Positions 38,298-49,008 of a stretch of 64,000 bases of DNA are shown in pieces; positions within the stretch are counted from its first letter, which is position 1; each line of letters opens with the position of its first letter. The notes below the pieces were generated by a model that was not told the origin of the DNA, did no database searches, and was given only the letters and a program-made list of their open reading frames with translations. A program made the position numbers and the translations under genes. Location of the stretch: IMG/VR virus record IMGVR_UViG_3300032007_000008; one strand, 5' to 3'. Origin of the DNA: a virus. Lineage: Duplodnaviria; Heunggongvirae; Uroviricota; Caudoviricetes.

Positions 38298-41200
38298 CTA
38301 TAGTGGTGGCGTGTATTGTATTAGGGTTCTCTTTGAAATCAATATCTCATTCGCTGCAATTTCCTCAAAATCAAAAACGAATATCGATTCTCCGCTTGAG
38401 TTTGTCTCCATTGGAATGAACGGAGAGGTTGAATCTTCCGAATACCATGTGATATCTGGGTCAAAACTTACACGCACAGATGTAACTGAACCAGTCGTTG
38501 TCTGTGGAAGAATGATTACCGATGAAAATTTTCTTGACTTATCCTGTACATATGATGGTCGTGTCATTGTAAGTGTAAAACTTGTACCGTAGCTACGAGT
38601 CGTATTGGTGAAATCTCCAACATTTATTGTGTAATTATAATTTGGAAATTCATAGTTTTGAACTCCCATATTATTTGGATTGTCAACATCCATCGTGCGA
38701 ATCTGCATCTGTCGCTCTGTGAGTATGAATCTCGATATCGCGCCGCCGCTGACTGGGAGGGTGGTGCTGCTTGTTATTTCAGATGCCAAGTTAAGGCTGA
38801 CCAAACCACTATTTTCTTTGATAAAATCGCCTGTAAATGTCAGTATTCCATTCTTTCCCTCAAGCGCGGAAGCTATGTCGGCACCGCGAACGGGCTTGTC
38901 CGTATTCGATGTAGATATCTCTCCATAGTCTATCTCTATTTTCTTCTTCAGCGGCTGGAAATAGGAAAGCTCCGTGGAACGTTCCGTGCTGTCGGTTATT
39001 GATATTCCGCTTGCACCGACCCATGCGTTTCTCATGGCGACTATTGAGTTAAACACAGTACTCGCCGGAACGGTATATGTTCCATTAGACTCAAGAGCGT
39101 CATTCTTATAGTACACTCCGCCAATCGTAGTCGGTGTAGCCGCAGGCAGATTGTACGCAACCGTGTTTATTCTTATGTAATTGCCTTCTGGCGTTAACGT
39201 AACGTTGTCGCCTGGAGTCAAGATGGGTTGTTTTTTGTCAAGAGCGGATTTTGCATCCCCAGCCCTTACCGGCTTTTGAGACATCGTTAAGCTGTCGTAA
39301 TTAGAGAGGTCTGCATAATCAAGCATTATGCTGAACTGACTGCTCGATGTTATGCCAGTTCCAAATGTAAGAACATTTTCCTTCTTTGCAAGTTCTATCG
39401 CTATCGAAGACGCAGGAACAACATGGCTGAAATTTCCGATTGCACTTCCGTAGAGAACCCCTCCAAGGGTATCCGTGGTAGCAGCAGGAAGTTCATATAC
39501 CGTGTCCTTTGCGCTTATTGTTTTGGTAGCTTGATTTATAGTGATATTAGTTCCAGGTGTCAGCTTGTCTTGTTTGCCAGTTAAGGCGGCATATGCAGAA
39601 CCGCCGCTTATCGCCCTAGTTTCTCTTTCTGAAATTTCACCATAATTTATGTCTACCGAGATATATCCATTTGCATCCGTGGAAGTTGCAAAATCAGTAG
39701 TGCTGAAAACCGTTATAGGCTGTTTTCCGTCAAGTGCGGTTTTTGCGTCAGAGGCATATACTACATTACGGTCGTTAAGCGCAATCGAACCATACTTCAA
39801 ACCTATTTCAATTGGCGAATCCGTATCGTCAACAACAAAATCAGCGTCCGAAAAGCTAAGTTTAGGCATATAATTCTCAATAGCATCGAGAATTGCGGTA
39901 TGCGACGGAACAGTTCTTTGACCGCGTTCGAGCGTAGAAGCGTAGTTTAAAGAAACGACATTGGCGTTTGAACAGGTTATTTCGGATGAAAATGTAATGT
40001 TGTTTTGTTTTTGGTCGAGCGCCTGCTTTATCGTGCTGCCGCGTACAGGAAGCGTATCGTTTGACAGCTCTATATTTCCATATACGATGCTTACGGTATT
40101 TCCAATTTTCGACAGGTCTGAAGAAAACGAGAGTATATCTTGCTTAAGTTCAAGCGCAGATTTAACGCATCCAGCCGTAGGAACTCTGTTAGTCTCGTCA
40201 TTTATGTTCGTAGTCACTCTGATTAGACCAGCAACAGGTCCATTTGGCTGCGCTTCTGGTATTGCCGATGTCACGGAAATCGTTACGGTTCCATCTGGAT
40301 TTCCGGTCAGATTGATTCCTGCGCCTTCTCTTAAAAGAGGCTGGTATTTTGAAAATTCCTCATACAGCTCTCCGGAAGAGACTACTTTCGAGGAACTTTC
40401 GCCAATATGACCGAAATCCACGGATATCACGTTGTTGTCTATGGATATTCCGTCTCCCTGAGAAAGTACGTGCTGTTTTTTGTTCAGCTCGGTCGTTATT
40501 ACGGAGTTTGACACTGCATTGCCGCTTCTGTCGTTAAGCGCAGCGTCAACCTTAACGAGACCCGCTTTCTGGCTAGTTGCGGTTCGTATTTTTAAAATAC
40601 CGCCGTCGAAATAGAAAGGCTCATTGTTGAGGACTGAGTATATTACGCCGCCCTTAACAGTATGGATTCCATTTTCGCTTATCGAACCATCGAACAAAAC
40701 AGAGATTCCATTTTCGTCTATTTTTATCGAATCTCCCTCGGAAAGCTTTTGCTGCTTTGTTGATAGTTTTGAATATATTTCTCCACCGCTTACCGTCCTG
40801 GTCTCGTCTCTCTGTATATGGCCAAAGTCTATAGCTATTTTTGTCTTGCCATCTTCGACATGTCCACTCAACCCATTTCCAAAATCTATTGGATATGCCC
40901 TTTCGTCTATTAGGCCGCTTATTGCGGAAAATGCCGAATGAACAGAGCCTGCCGTGACAAGCTTGTTGGACTCAGGCGATATTTCTCCAAACACAAGTGA
41001 AACGTTATTTTCGGAGTCTAGCGAAAAATATAGTCTTGAGAATGAGAGCGAATCTTGCTTGCCTGACAGTGCGGCGAATATCTCTCCTCCACTCACAACT
41101 CCTGTAGCACCCTCTTCTATGTGTGAGAATTTTATTGATACTTTATCATCTGAAGATGTGAAATTGGATTCACTGAATGACAGTTTATCCTGTTTTTTCT

Positions 41201-41990
41201 CCAATGCAGACCGTATTTCGCTGCCACGGACTGGCTTTGTGGGCGAACCATCCTCAAGTCTGCCAAAATCAACGGCTATCTTTCCGTCTTCATCCAGACG
41301 TATTCCATTCGAAGGGATTATCTTGTTCTGCTTCTTGGATAGTTCTTCGTATATAGCACTCCCCTTTACGGGGTTCTGCCCATTCTCGGTAATGGCATTG
41401 TCAAGATACACGCCGCCTATGGAAGTTTCTGTGGCCACCGGCAGCACATATATTGTATCTTTCGCGCTTATCACCCTCGTAACTGGGTCTATGGATATGT
41501 TGTCACCGGCTATAAATGCAAACTGTTTCGAGGCCAACGCTCTTCTTATGTCGGATATTTTAGTTTCGGTATTGGAACTCAGTTCATCGAACGACGTGTT
41601 TTCGCTGGCATTGGAGGTTACTATGTAACCGCTCTTTTGTCCATTGTCATACGCCACTTTTCCATTAGCGTAAATGGCATTTCCGCTAAGGTCTCGTATT
41701 GCCGAAAACTTGAACTCTTTTCCATATATCAACGCATCGGAATATCTTGCAAGTATGTCGTTGAATATGGCTTGATGGGCGTTTATGTCACTGTCGTGGC
41801 CATGTATTGCCGAAAGGACGTAGAATTTTGTGGCAAGACCCCACGTCTTATCCGCGTTGTCCGAGAAATCGTATGAAGACAGCTGCTCAAGAGTTCCGAC
41901 GTTCTCCTCGCCATGCTCGTCGATTGGAGATGTCGTCAAGCCGATTACTCCATACTCGTCGGTATCGAAATATGCTGTTTCAAATGACAT
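38298..41990 (-). CDS. tail-fibre-like repeat protein
   Basis: Repeats SGGEIFAALSGKQDSLSF, LPAATTDTLGGV; ATG 41990 lies downstream of CTAAATAG at 42017-42024. Confidence 0.7.
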   Translation of the reverse strand: MSFETAYFDTDEYGVIGLTTSPIDEHGEENVGTLEQLSSYDFSDNADKTWGLATKFYVLSAIHGHDSDINAHQAIFNDILARYSDALIYGKEFKFSAIRDLSGNAIYANGKVAYDNGQKSGYIVTSNASENTSFDELSSNTETKISDIRRALASKQFAFIAGDNISIDPVTRVISAKDTIYVLPVATETSIGGVYLDNAITENGQNPVKGSAIYEELSKKQNKIIPSNGIRLDEDGKIAVDFGRLEDGSPTKPVRGSEIRSALEKKQDKLSFSESNFTSSDDKVSIKFSHIEEGATGVVSGGEIFAALSGKQDSLSFSRLYFSLDSENNVSLVFGEISPESNKLVTAGSVHSAFSAISGLIDERAYPIDFGNGLSGHVEDGKTKIAIDFGHIQRDETRTVSGGEIYSKLSTKQQKLSEGDSIKIDENGISVLFDGSISENGIHTVKGGVIYSVLNNEPFYFDGGILKIRTATSQKAGLVKVDAALNDRSGNAVSNSVITTELNKKQHVLSQGDGISIDNNVISVDFGHIGESSSKVVSSGELYEEFSKYQPLLREGAGINLTGNPDGTVTISVTSAIPEAQPNGPVAGLIRVTTNINDETNRVPTAGCVKSALELKQDILSFSSDLSKIGNTVSIVYGNIELSNDTLPVRGSTIKQALDQKQNNITFSSEITCSNANVVSLNYASTLERGQRTVPSHTAILDAIENYMPKLSFSDADFVVDDTDSPIEIGLKYGSIALNDRNVVYASDAKTALDGKQPITVFSTTDFATSTDANGYISVDINYGEISERETRAISGGSAYAALTGKQDKLTPGTNITINQATKTISAKDTVYELPAATTDTLGGVLYGSAIGNFSHVVPASSIAIELAKKENVLTFGTGITSSSQFSIMLDYADLSNYDSLTMSQKPVRAGDAKSALDKKQPILTPGDNVTLTPEGNYIRINTVAYNLPAATPTTIGGVYYKNDALESNGTYTVPASTVFNSIVAMRNAWVGASGISITDSTERSTELSYFQPLKKKIEIDYGEISTSNTDKPVRGADIASALEGKNGILTFTGDFIKENSGLVSLNLASEITSSTTLPVSGGAISRFILTERQMQIRTMDVDNPNNMGVQNYEFPNYNYTINVGDFTNTTRSYGTSFTLTMTRPSYVQDKSRKFSSVIILPQTTTGSVTSVRVSFDPDITWYSEDSTSPFIPMETNSSGESIFVFDFEEIAANEILISKRTLIQYTPPL

Positions 41991-42053
41991 CTTGGTGCTA
42001 TTTTTAGTTAATAACACTATTTAGTGATGTCAAGTCTTTGAATTGAAGCTGTA

Positions 42054-42386
42054 TTATCCTATTGGATTTGCATATGATTGTAAACTAGATAGCCTAGCTT
42101 TCAATTCCGCTATTTCAGATTCAAGCGTCGATATTCTCTTCTCAAGCCTGTCTAAAGATTCTTTGTGCGCGTTTGGGTCTTCATCGTGCTCACCAAGAGA
42201 GTCCAATACGAAAAACTTTGTTGCAAGTCCAAAAGTTGACGACGAATCTATTCCTACGCCGACGGTTCTGACCTTCTTGAGATTTTCGGATTTTCCGCTG
42301 CCCTTTGTTCCGCTAGAATCGGATGGGTTTGGACATACGTTTATATTTCCGAACTTACGTGTTGGTATGTTCGAGGATATAATCAT
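42054..42386 (-). CDS. small fibre-associated coiled-coil protein
   Basis: GLATKFFVL...HDEDPNAH shared with the downstream fibre gene; C-terminal heptad repeat. Confidence 0.55.
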   Translation of the reverse strand: MIISSNIPTRKFGNINVCPNPSDSSGTKGSGKSENLKKVRTVGVGIDSSSTFGLATKFFVLDSLGEHDEDPNAHKESLDRLEKRISTLESEIAELKARLSSLQSYANPIG

Positions 42387-42814
42387 TAGATAAAGCTTCC
42401 GGTGTTGTCTATGTCAAAATCGGGAACAGAACCGTAGTATAGTCTGAATTTGGGAAAATTTGCATTATCAGCTGGAATTACCGTATCCGCAAGATAGCCA
42501 CGATTCGTCTCGACCTTCAGCATCCAATAATAATCTTGATAGCTGAACTTTTCCTTCGTAGGCTCAACTTCCATCTCTTCCGTATCTTCTGGCTTTATGA
42601 AGAAATATGCCTCGTATGGAGAAACAGTCGGGTCTGCGCCGCATTTGTAGGATTTCGCTATAACCGCATCTTCATCTGGGTCTTCGCGATTGCGTTTTAC
42701 GGCAAAAGTCACATACACATTTGTCATGTCATGGTCGAAAAGGAACCTAAGCACACCAGAGTCCTTTTTTCTCATGTAAATCATGTTTGAATCTGTTTTA
42801 AGGAAAAGCGACAT
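42386..42814 (-). CDS. BppU-N-like baseplate/fibre attachment protein
   Basis: IYMRKKDSGVLRF...VTFAVK...IKPEDTEEM...YYW pattern. Confidence 0.5.
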   Translation of the reverse strand: MSLFLKTDSNMIYMRKKDSGVLRFLFDHDMTNVYVTFAVKRNREDPDEDAVIAKSYKCGADPTVSPYEAYFFIKPEDTEEMEVEPTKEKFSYQDYYWMLKVETNRGYLADTVIPADNANFPKFRLYYGSVPDFDIDNTGSFI

Positions 42815-42835
42815 CGTTAATAGAAAAGTTTTACA

Positions 42836-42871
42836 CTATTTAGGCTTGCTCGGCATGGAAGGTCTAAATAG
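42836..42871. promoter_or_regulatory. divergent pair of CTAAATAG late promoters
   Basis: Minus copy 42836-42843 and plus copy 42864-42871. Confidence 0.7.
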
Positions 42872-42878
42872 TGTGGAG

Positions 42879-43484
42879 ATGAGCAAAACAACTTCACCAT
42901 ATCCGCGAGTGCATGCAGCGTTCAAAAAGGAATTCAAGAAACTTAGGGATTTCATAAGGTCTACAAACAGGTACGACCTAAAGAAGATTAGGGGAAAATT
43001 GAATATTTTTGAAGACACAGAACATTTCGTAGACAGCGACAACGAGGAAAACATGAAGGAGATAGAATATGACAATCCTCATTATTCCGTAAGAGAAATA
43101 GAGGGATGCAACCTCACGCGAGTAAAAGAGGATAAGTCTTCGTTTGCAATAGGCGATGAAAATGGAATACCGATAACGCCATTCGACTACATATGGGTTT
43201 CGAAAGAGGCCACTGGCGATAAGGAGCTTCTGATAGAGGTGATAACAAAGGGGGGCGATGCACGGTATTTCAGCGTTGACAGGAGAAAGCTCGACGAATG
43301 CATGGGAGTTGGAAGCGTTGGCATCGGAAACGTTGGGTCGCAGTCAAACGCAAGCGGAGCCGAGATACAGTATTCCGACGTTGGAAAAGAGATTCTCATA
43401 CCCGTAAGGGGGCGCGTTCCGCTGCTGTATGGTGCTGCGCGTGGAGGAAAACGAAAACGTCGATATTCGGGTAGAATTTACTAA
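42879..43484 (+). CDS. hypothetical protein
   Basis: ATG 7 nt after the late promoter. Confidence 0.55.
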   Translation: MSKTTSPYPRVHAAFKKEFKKLRDFIRSTNRYDLKKIRGKLNIFEDTEHFVDSDNEENMKEIEYDNPHYSVREIEGCNLTRVKEDKSSFAIGDENGIPITPFDYIWVSKEATGDKELLIEVITKGGDARYFSVDRRKLDECMGVGSVGIGNVGSQSNASGAEIQYSDVGKEILIPVRGRVPLLYGAARGGKRKRRYSGRIY

Positions 43485-43492
43485 TAGAAGAG

Positions 43493-44281
43493 ATGGACAG
43501 CGCAATAGCAGAAGCCACGGGTTCCATGGTGAACTCGATTCACGTGCCGAACAACAAGTATTTCGGCATGATGCGCGGCATTGTCATAAAAAACGATGAT
43601 ACGGAGTTTCAGAGGGGGAGATGCAAGGTATACGTCCCTGGCGTTTATCCAGAGAAGTTCAAGGAAAACGACGGAGAGCTTCTCCCATGGTGCGAACCCT
43701 GTCAACCTCTGTTTTGCGGTGGCGGAGGCGACCTACATAAAAACGGAACGTTCCAATATCCTGACGTGGGGAGTACGGTATGGCTGTTCTTTGAAAATAA
43801 CGACATAACGAGACCTGTCATGTTCGGACAGACCACCGACAGTGAAGGAAAGTTTGACAACAACATATGCAAGGTATACTGGGAGGGCATGTACATAGAG
43901 ATGGACAAGACTACCCATACCATAACGGCAAGCGCGACGAACATAACGGCAATCGCAGAAAAGGAACTCAACGGATATGCAGAGACCATAAATCTCACGG
44001 CAGTTACAGCCAATCTGACATCTACGACCACGAACATGATAGCGGATACTACAAATGTAACGTCTAACAACGTGACAAACGTAACGTCTCCCAACATAAA
44101 CATGTATGGAGATACTCTTATAAAGGGGACAGTTCACATAACAGGGGCAACGACAATAGATTCAAATCTAACAGTAAACGCTTCGGAGGTTGTTGCTGTC
44201 GATTCCGTCATCGGAGGGAAATCGTTTATAGGGCATATGCACACCGGAAATGTGGGAGCACCTACATCTCCGCCTTTGTAA
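43493..44281 (+). CDS. baseplate central spike (gp5/gpV-like, no lysozyme domain)
   Basis: OB fold RGIVIKNDD...GRCKVYVPG...LPWC...PDVGSTVWLFFEN; beta-helix repeats; tip GHMH. Confidence 0.85.
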   Translation: MDSAIAEATGSMVNSIHVPNNKYFGMMRGIVIKNDDTEFQRGRCKVYVPGVYPEKFKENDGELLPWCEPCQPLFCGGGGDLHKNGTFQYPDVGSTVWLFFENNDITRPVMFGQTTDSEGKFDNNICKVYWEGMYIEMDKTTHTITASATNITAIAEKELNGYAETINLTAVTANLTSTTTNMIADTTNVTSNNVTNVTSPNINMYGDTLIKGTVHITGATTIDSNLTVNASEVVAVDSVIGGKSFIGHMHTGNVGAPTSPPL

Positions 44282-44293
44282 GGATAAATCACT

Positions 44294-45163
44294 ATGGCAG
44301 CACCGAATAACATCGAAATAGTTACATGGGGAGTAGGATATTACCTAACTCTGCCATACAGTTATACAAATTATTGGCAAGATAAATACGATGAGTTTGA
44401 TGAAAAACCATATAATAATAGCTTTTTTTATTCATCTAGCGGAGGTCGTGGAGAATTTCTATTTTTTACCAATGATAGCGCAAGTGCTGGTAGAATAAAA
44501 TTTATTACAGATAACTATCTTTGGAATAGCAAATGGGTTCCCACAAGTGCAGAATACAACATTTTAACGAATCACACTGATGTTCGCATTCCAATGAATA
44601 ATTTATGGGGGAAAACGTCCTGGCTTACAAAAAATACTGGTGGAAGGGTTAGTAATTTATATACTTCAGCCTCTGCATATTTGACGAATTCAAAATATTA
44701 TCCAATATATTCAGCAGTAAGTTCTTTGAAAGCTGATTATGGAATATATTCAACCGAATCATTGCCGATATTTGATTATCTTGATATTGATAAAAATGTT
44801 TTATCGGTATCAAAAGCTACAACTGGGAATTTTTCAAATTCCATTACCATATCTTCGGAAATTTATAGAGATTCCAAATCAGCAACAGTCAGTTCAGTAT
44901 CTACAAATCCAATAAGAGTAGATTTTGCATGGTCAAATTCTGATGGATATTTACCAAGTGGGAATACGTATTCATTTAATGGGAATAGCATAGTTTATAT
45001 TGACGACAATTATATCGGGAGCTATATATACTCAAGATTAAACATAGAAAAATTCATTTCGGTTAAAAATACAGATGTTTCAAATTTTATATTGAGATTA
45101 CGCAATACGCCAGCTCTTTCATCGGCATATTTCCAAGCACCGACATCAATTGCAACATCATAA
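44294..45163 (+). CDS. hypothetical protein (AT-rich, Ser/Asn/Tyr-rich)
   Basis: 289-aa ORF after the spike gene. Confidence 0.55.
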   Translation: MAAPNNIEIVTWGVGYYLTLPYSYTNYWQDKYDEFDEKPYNNSFFYSSSGGRGEFLFFTNDSASAGRIKFITDNYLWNSKWVPTSAEYNILTNHTDVRIPMNNLWGKTSWLTKNTGGRVSNLYTSASAYLTNSKYYPIYSAVSSLKADYGIYSTESLPIFDYLDIDKNVLSVSKATTGNFSNSITISSEIYRDSKSATVSSVSTNPIRVDFAWSNSDGYLPSGNTYSFNGNSIVYIDDNYIGSYIYSRLNIEKFISVKNTDVSNFILRLRNTPALSSAYFQAPTSIATS

Positions 45164-45174
45164 TTGGGTTTTGT

Positions 45175-46560
45175 ATGACCAAAAAAGACAGAATATATGA
45201 AGTATTAGAAACGCTTAGTGGTCCTTATTCAGAGGACAACAAAAAACTTTTTAATTTCATAATGGCCATTCCAACAGGAGATTCATCCATTTTGTGGAAT
45301 GATGTCATGGATTTCTTGAACATATATGTCAAGATGACTATAGACGAATTGAAAACTGGAGACTATGTTGATATATCGCAACTAACTGTTAAAAATTTTA
45401 GAAAAAAATATTATGATAATGAAACATATCTAGTTGTAGTAAAAAACATAGACGAACTGAATAAGATAAAATCTCCAAAATATTTTCCCAACCATTATAG
45501 CACAGGCGATAAAGAATATGTTTATGAAAATGGAGAATTTGTAGACATAACAGACAAACATGATTTGTATCTTAAGCAATATTTAAATTTTTTCTTATTG
45601 AACAAGTGTTTTACGTACAGCAAAAAAGACGGAATCAAAAAGGGTTTCAACAGGAGAAACAGGATAATAAAAATAGACGATGACTCTATTACGTTCATCA
45701 ACAATGAAGACTGGTCGTGGTATTTGGTGAATGAATTGCTTAATTTCAGAAATTTTGTAGATTTTCTCGAAAGAAAAAACAAAATAAACAGCCTATTTTT
45801 GACGTTATTTTCATCTGTGGAAAAGGACAAGCAAACTTCCGTTGTTGAAAATAACAATAATTACGATGAAATAAAATCGAAAATAGATAAACTTAGAGTA
45901 AAGTTCTCTTCAGGATATAAAACTAAAGCAATGTCCGATTCCATCTACAAGTATCTATCGTCATGGTTTGATATAGGATACAATTCGTCCATAGTTCTTT
46001 TACCTATTAGAGATAGACTTAAAACTGTATCAAGATACATAGAGAGATATTATCCAACGGAACTGCCGCCAGCAGATGCATACAACTACTTTAATGGAAA
46101 AAATTTTAATATAGCTAATCAATCATATGGAATAAAGGATGATAAACTTAGTTTAAATATAACCTATGAAAACAGTGAGGTGACTTCTAGGTATGTTTCC
46201 AATTGGAATTATCAATATTGGGCAATAGCGTCAACAAGCGAAAATTATAACGCATTTGGAGCGACTTCAGGAGATGTAGCCGCATATTATGGATACTATA
46301 AACCGTCAAATCCATTTAAGGAGAAAGAAGACGGTGTAAATCCTGGCGTATATGGACGTGAATTTTTTATAACAGACAGTGCTGAGTCAATAAAAACATT
46401 TTGTTTTTATGCCATGTCTTCTGAAAGCGGAAAGCAATATGACAAGTTTCTCGAATTTCTGTCAAGTTCCTATTATAATTCCTCTCCGCTGTCCACAATG
46501 GAGGGACATCCTGTTTCAGGCTATATAAATGATGTATACGACATTCTTTTTTCACAGTAA
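45175..46560 (+). CDS. hypothetical protein (AT-rich)
   Basis: 461-aa ORF. Confidence 0.6.
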   Translation: MTKKDRIYEVLETLSGPYSEDNKKLFNFIMAIPTGDSSILWNDVMDFLNIYVKMTIDELKTGDYVDISQLTVKNFRKKYYDNETYLVVVKNIDELNKIKSPKYFPNHYSTGDKEYVYENGEFVDITDKHDLYLKQYLNFFLLNKCFTYSKKDGIKKGFNRRNRIIKIDDDSITFINNEDWSWYLVNELLNFRNFVDFLERKNKINSLFLTLFSSVEKDKQTSVVENNNNYDEIKSKIDKLRVKFSSGYKTKAMSDSIYKYLSSWFDIGYNSSIVLLPIRDRLKTVSRYIERYYPTELPPADAYNYFNGKNFNIANQSYGIKDDKLSLNITYENSEVTSRYVSNWNYQYWAIASTSENYNAFGATSGDVAAYYGYYKPSNPFKEKEDGVNPGVYGREFFITDSAESIKTFCFYAMSSESGKQYDKFLEFLSSSYYNSSPLSTMEGHPVSGYINDVYDILFSQ

Positions 46561-46602
46561 TTTTGTTGCATAATGTCCGGTTGTATGCTATAATTGCTGT
46601 CG

Positions 46603-47613
46603 ATGAGTAAAATATTGACATGCACCGGCGAAAAAGATGACGACGGAAACGATTATTTGCTGAACGGAAAGAACAGCTCAAACGATTCATCTTCGACGAT
46701 AAACGAAAAGTCTCAATCTATAGGAAACGACGGAATAGATGAGGTTGTCGTTGATGTTTCCGTGAACAATACGAAAAATAATCTTTTGGTATATTTCAAA
46801 TGCGTTCAGCTAGGAGCTGATGGCGGAAAATTTCTTACAAGAACATACAGTCTAAGCACAAAAACAGGAACTCTCGGTATTTTTGATTTGCTTGATGACT
46901 ATTTTCTGAGACGCTACAAGTTTTTCCATTCTTCAAAAACCGTACAGGCGTTCATGTATGCTCTTGCGGAAGCTGAAAAGATTTTCAAGGAAAAGAGCGG
47001 ATTTTCTCTCTTTGAATATTGTGCAAAAGTTAGCGATACGGCAGTCAATGACACAATGGAATATCATAAAAGCAACAACGGTCTGAACTGCAAGCTATGG
47101 AGCGGGTACAATATAAGGGGGGAACTTGCGTTCTTCATAGAAAAAAAGCGGTCATTTATAAATATGGAATATTTCGAAGAACTTGGGATAAACACCGTAA
47201 AGTATTTCATAAAGAACATGAAGTACATAACGAACAAGCATTTCGTCGGGGTATGCGTTAACATAACTGCGGACATACCGCCATCCCTTTTCATAGACCC
47301 GTTCATAAACCTTCCGATGGTGGTATACATGCCACAGTTCACGGAGATTCTTGTAACGAAGATTGCGCATTCGTTCATGAAGACGGAAGCGTTCAAGAAG
47401 GCCGGAATCGACAGAATAAAGTTCGAGATTTATCTTCTGATGCCAGAGACAACGCTTTCCGATTTGAAGGGTTCGATGAAAAGTGACGGAGAACTCGTGG
47501 ACTACGATTCTTTTGAAGAAGAGGATTTTATTATTGCGAAGTTCAAGGAATATGATATAATAGAGCGCAAGATAAACGAATCCGAGTTCGATAGCATAAT
47601 ATGCTACAGTTGA
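46603..47613 (+). CDS. hypothetical protein
   Basis: ATG 8 nt after TGcTATAAT. Confidence 0.55.
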   Translation: MSKILTCTGEKDDDGNDYLLNGKNSSNDSSSTINEKSQSIGNDGIDEVVVDVSVNNTKNNLLVYFKCVQLGADGGKFLTRTYSLSTKTGTLGIFDLLDDYFLRRYKFFHSSKTVQAFMYALAEAEKIFKEKSGFSLFEYCAKVSDTAVNDTMEYHKSNNGLNCKLWSGYNIRGELAFFIEKKRSFINMEYFEELGINTVKYFIKNMKYITNKHFVGVCVNITADIPPSLFIDPFINLPMVVYMPQFTEILVTKIAHSFMKTEAFKKAGIDRIKFEIYLLMPETTLSDLKGSMKSDGELVDYDSFEEEDFIIAKFKEYDIIERKINESEFDSIICYS

Positions 47614-47617
47614 CGCC

Positions 47618-47989
47618 ATGACATCAGAGCAATTTAAAAGATATATACGGGAACTGGAAGACTGCTGCAAAAAGTCTTCAGACGATTCCGTTCTTCACTC
47701 CAAGAGAAAGATAAGCGCAAGAACAGCATCTCTGATAGCGTCGGACATACGCACTAAGATAGATTCCAACGGCCTTGACTTTGAAGATGCAATTTGCGTA
47801 AGTAGATATTCATCAGACAGGAAGGACAAGCTGCACAAAGAGCTTGTTAGGAGGTGTAAGGAGCTTTTAAATACACTTGCCGTAGTATACGCAAGGTTTC
47901 CAAACCACTTCAACGATTTCAATTTGCAGTATGCCATAACAGAGCTGAAGAATCAGCTGGAACTGGAGAAGGACGACAATGCCTGTTAA
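47618..47989 (+). CDS. hypothetical protein
   Basis: 123-aa ORF in operon. Confidence 0.5.
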   Translation: MTSEQFKRYIRELEDCCKKSSDDSVLHSKRKISARTASLIASDIRTKIDSNGLDFEDAICVSRYSSDRKDKLHKELVRRCKELLNTLAVVYARFPNHFNDFNLQYAITELKNQLELEKDDNAC

Positions 47990-48299
47990 GAAAAAGAGCT
48001 ACCAGGCTCGAAAGAACGAAGGGAACAACCTGTTCTTTTTAATTCTCCACAATATACTTACAGACAAGTCGGACGCTCTGTTCGAAGAGCATCTCGACAA
48101 TCCAACCTTCGACGATGTTTATACAAACGTAGGTGTCGAAAAGGCGTTGAGCAAATGCTACGATATTTCTGTAGTTAGAAAAATGGCGTCGATACAGAGT
48201 ACATACCGACGGATAGAGGAAAAGAGGCTTCACTATTGGTATCTCATGAAGGCACTTCCGAAGACTTACAAAACGATAGATTGGAGAATAGACGGATAA
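47979..48299 (+). CDS. clamp-loader small subunit (T4 gp62-like), short form
   Basis: YTNVGVEKALS...KRLHYWYLMKALPK...W resembles the gp62 core. Confidence 0.5.
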   Translation: MPVKKKSYQARKNEGNNLFFLILHNILTDKSDALFEEHLDNPTFDDVYTNVGVEKALSKCYDISVVRKMASIQSTYRRIEEKRLHYWYLMKALPKTYKTIDWRIDG

Positions 48300-48300
48300 T

Positions 48301-49008
48301 ATGGAAAACGAGAAAAATAACGCGAATTCGCCGATAAAGCAGTGTCCGACGGATTATGGAAACGCAATGAATTTCGAGACACTGGACGGTTCTCAGATAC
48401 TTCGTGAAGTATTGACTGACACATACGTCACACAATCAGGAAACGAAGACACCATGCTCAAGCAACTTGACAAGATGGTGGAATACACATACGCAAAGAG
48501 GGCAGGATTTGCAGGATACTTGAGTTGGTGCTACGCTCAGCTAACGTTGCTCTTTCTTCTCGAAAGGTATGAACAGTCGAAAAAGATGCTTGAATCGATG
48601 GAGTTTTGCGTAGGATGCTTCAGAAAGTACCTTATGACTGGAAACTATCTCGATTCTGGCGGAAAACCTACAGGATTCAGGAATTATTCGTTTGGAGAAC
48701 CTGAATCAGAAATGCGTAATACTTTACAATATGCTAATGACTGCTACCAGACAGCAAGATTGGTTCACAAGAAGTCTGGGTCTTTCGAATCGGGTTATTC
48801 CTTTCTTGTCGCAAGCATGTTATACCATACGGCAGTAGCCGAAACGTCGGCAGCTCTTGAAGATTGCTCTAAAATGGAAAAGCTCATAGACCACATCCGA
48901 AAATATATTGATTCGGTAATAGCTAACCCGCCAGAAACGAATATCGGAAACGACGGAAAGGACTATACGAATTTTTCTGAAATCTTAAAACAAGGAACAA
49001 AGAAATGA
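48301..49008 (+). CDS. hypothetical protein
   Basis: 235-aa ORF. Confidence 0.55.
   Translation: MENEKNNANSPIKQCPTDYGNAMNFETLDGSQILREVLTDTYVTQSGNEDTMLKQLDKMVEYTYAKRAGFAGYLSWCYAQLTLLFLLERYEQSKKMLESMEFCVGCFRKYLMTGNYLDSGGKPTGFRNYSFGEPESEMRNTLQYANDCYQTARLVHKKSGSFESGYSFLVASMLYHTAVAETSAALEDCSKMEKLIDHIRKYIDSVIANPPETNIGNDGKDYTNFSEILKQGTKK

Noticed and set aside
30481-41990. Diversity-generating retroelement acting on the fibre genes
   Set aside because: No reverse transcriptase and no TR/VR pair differing at adenines was seen; repeats are at protein level only.
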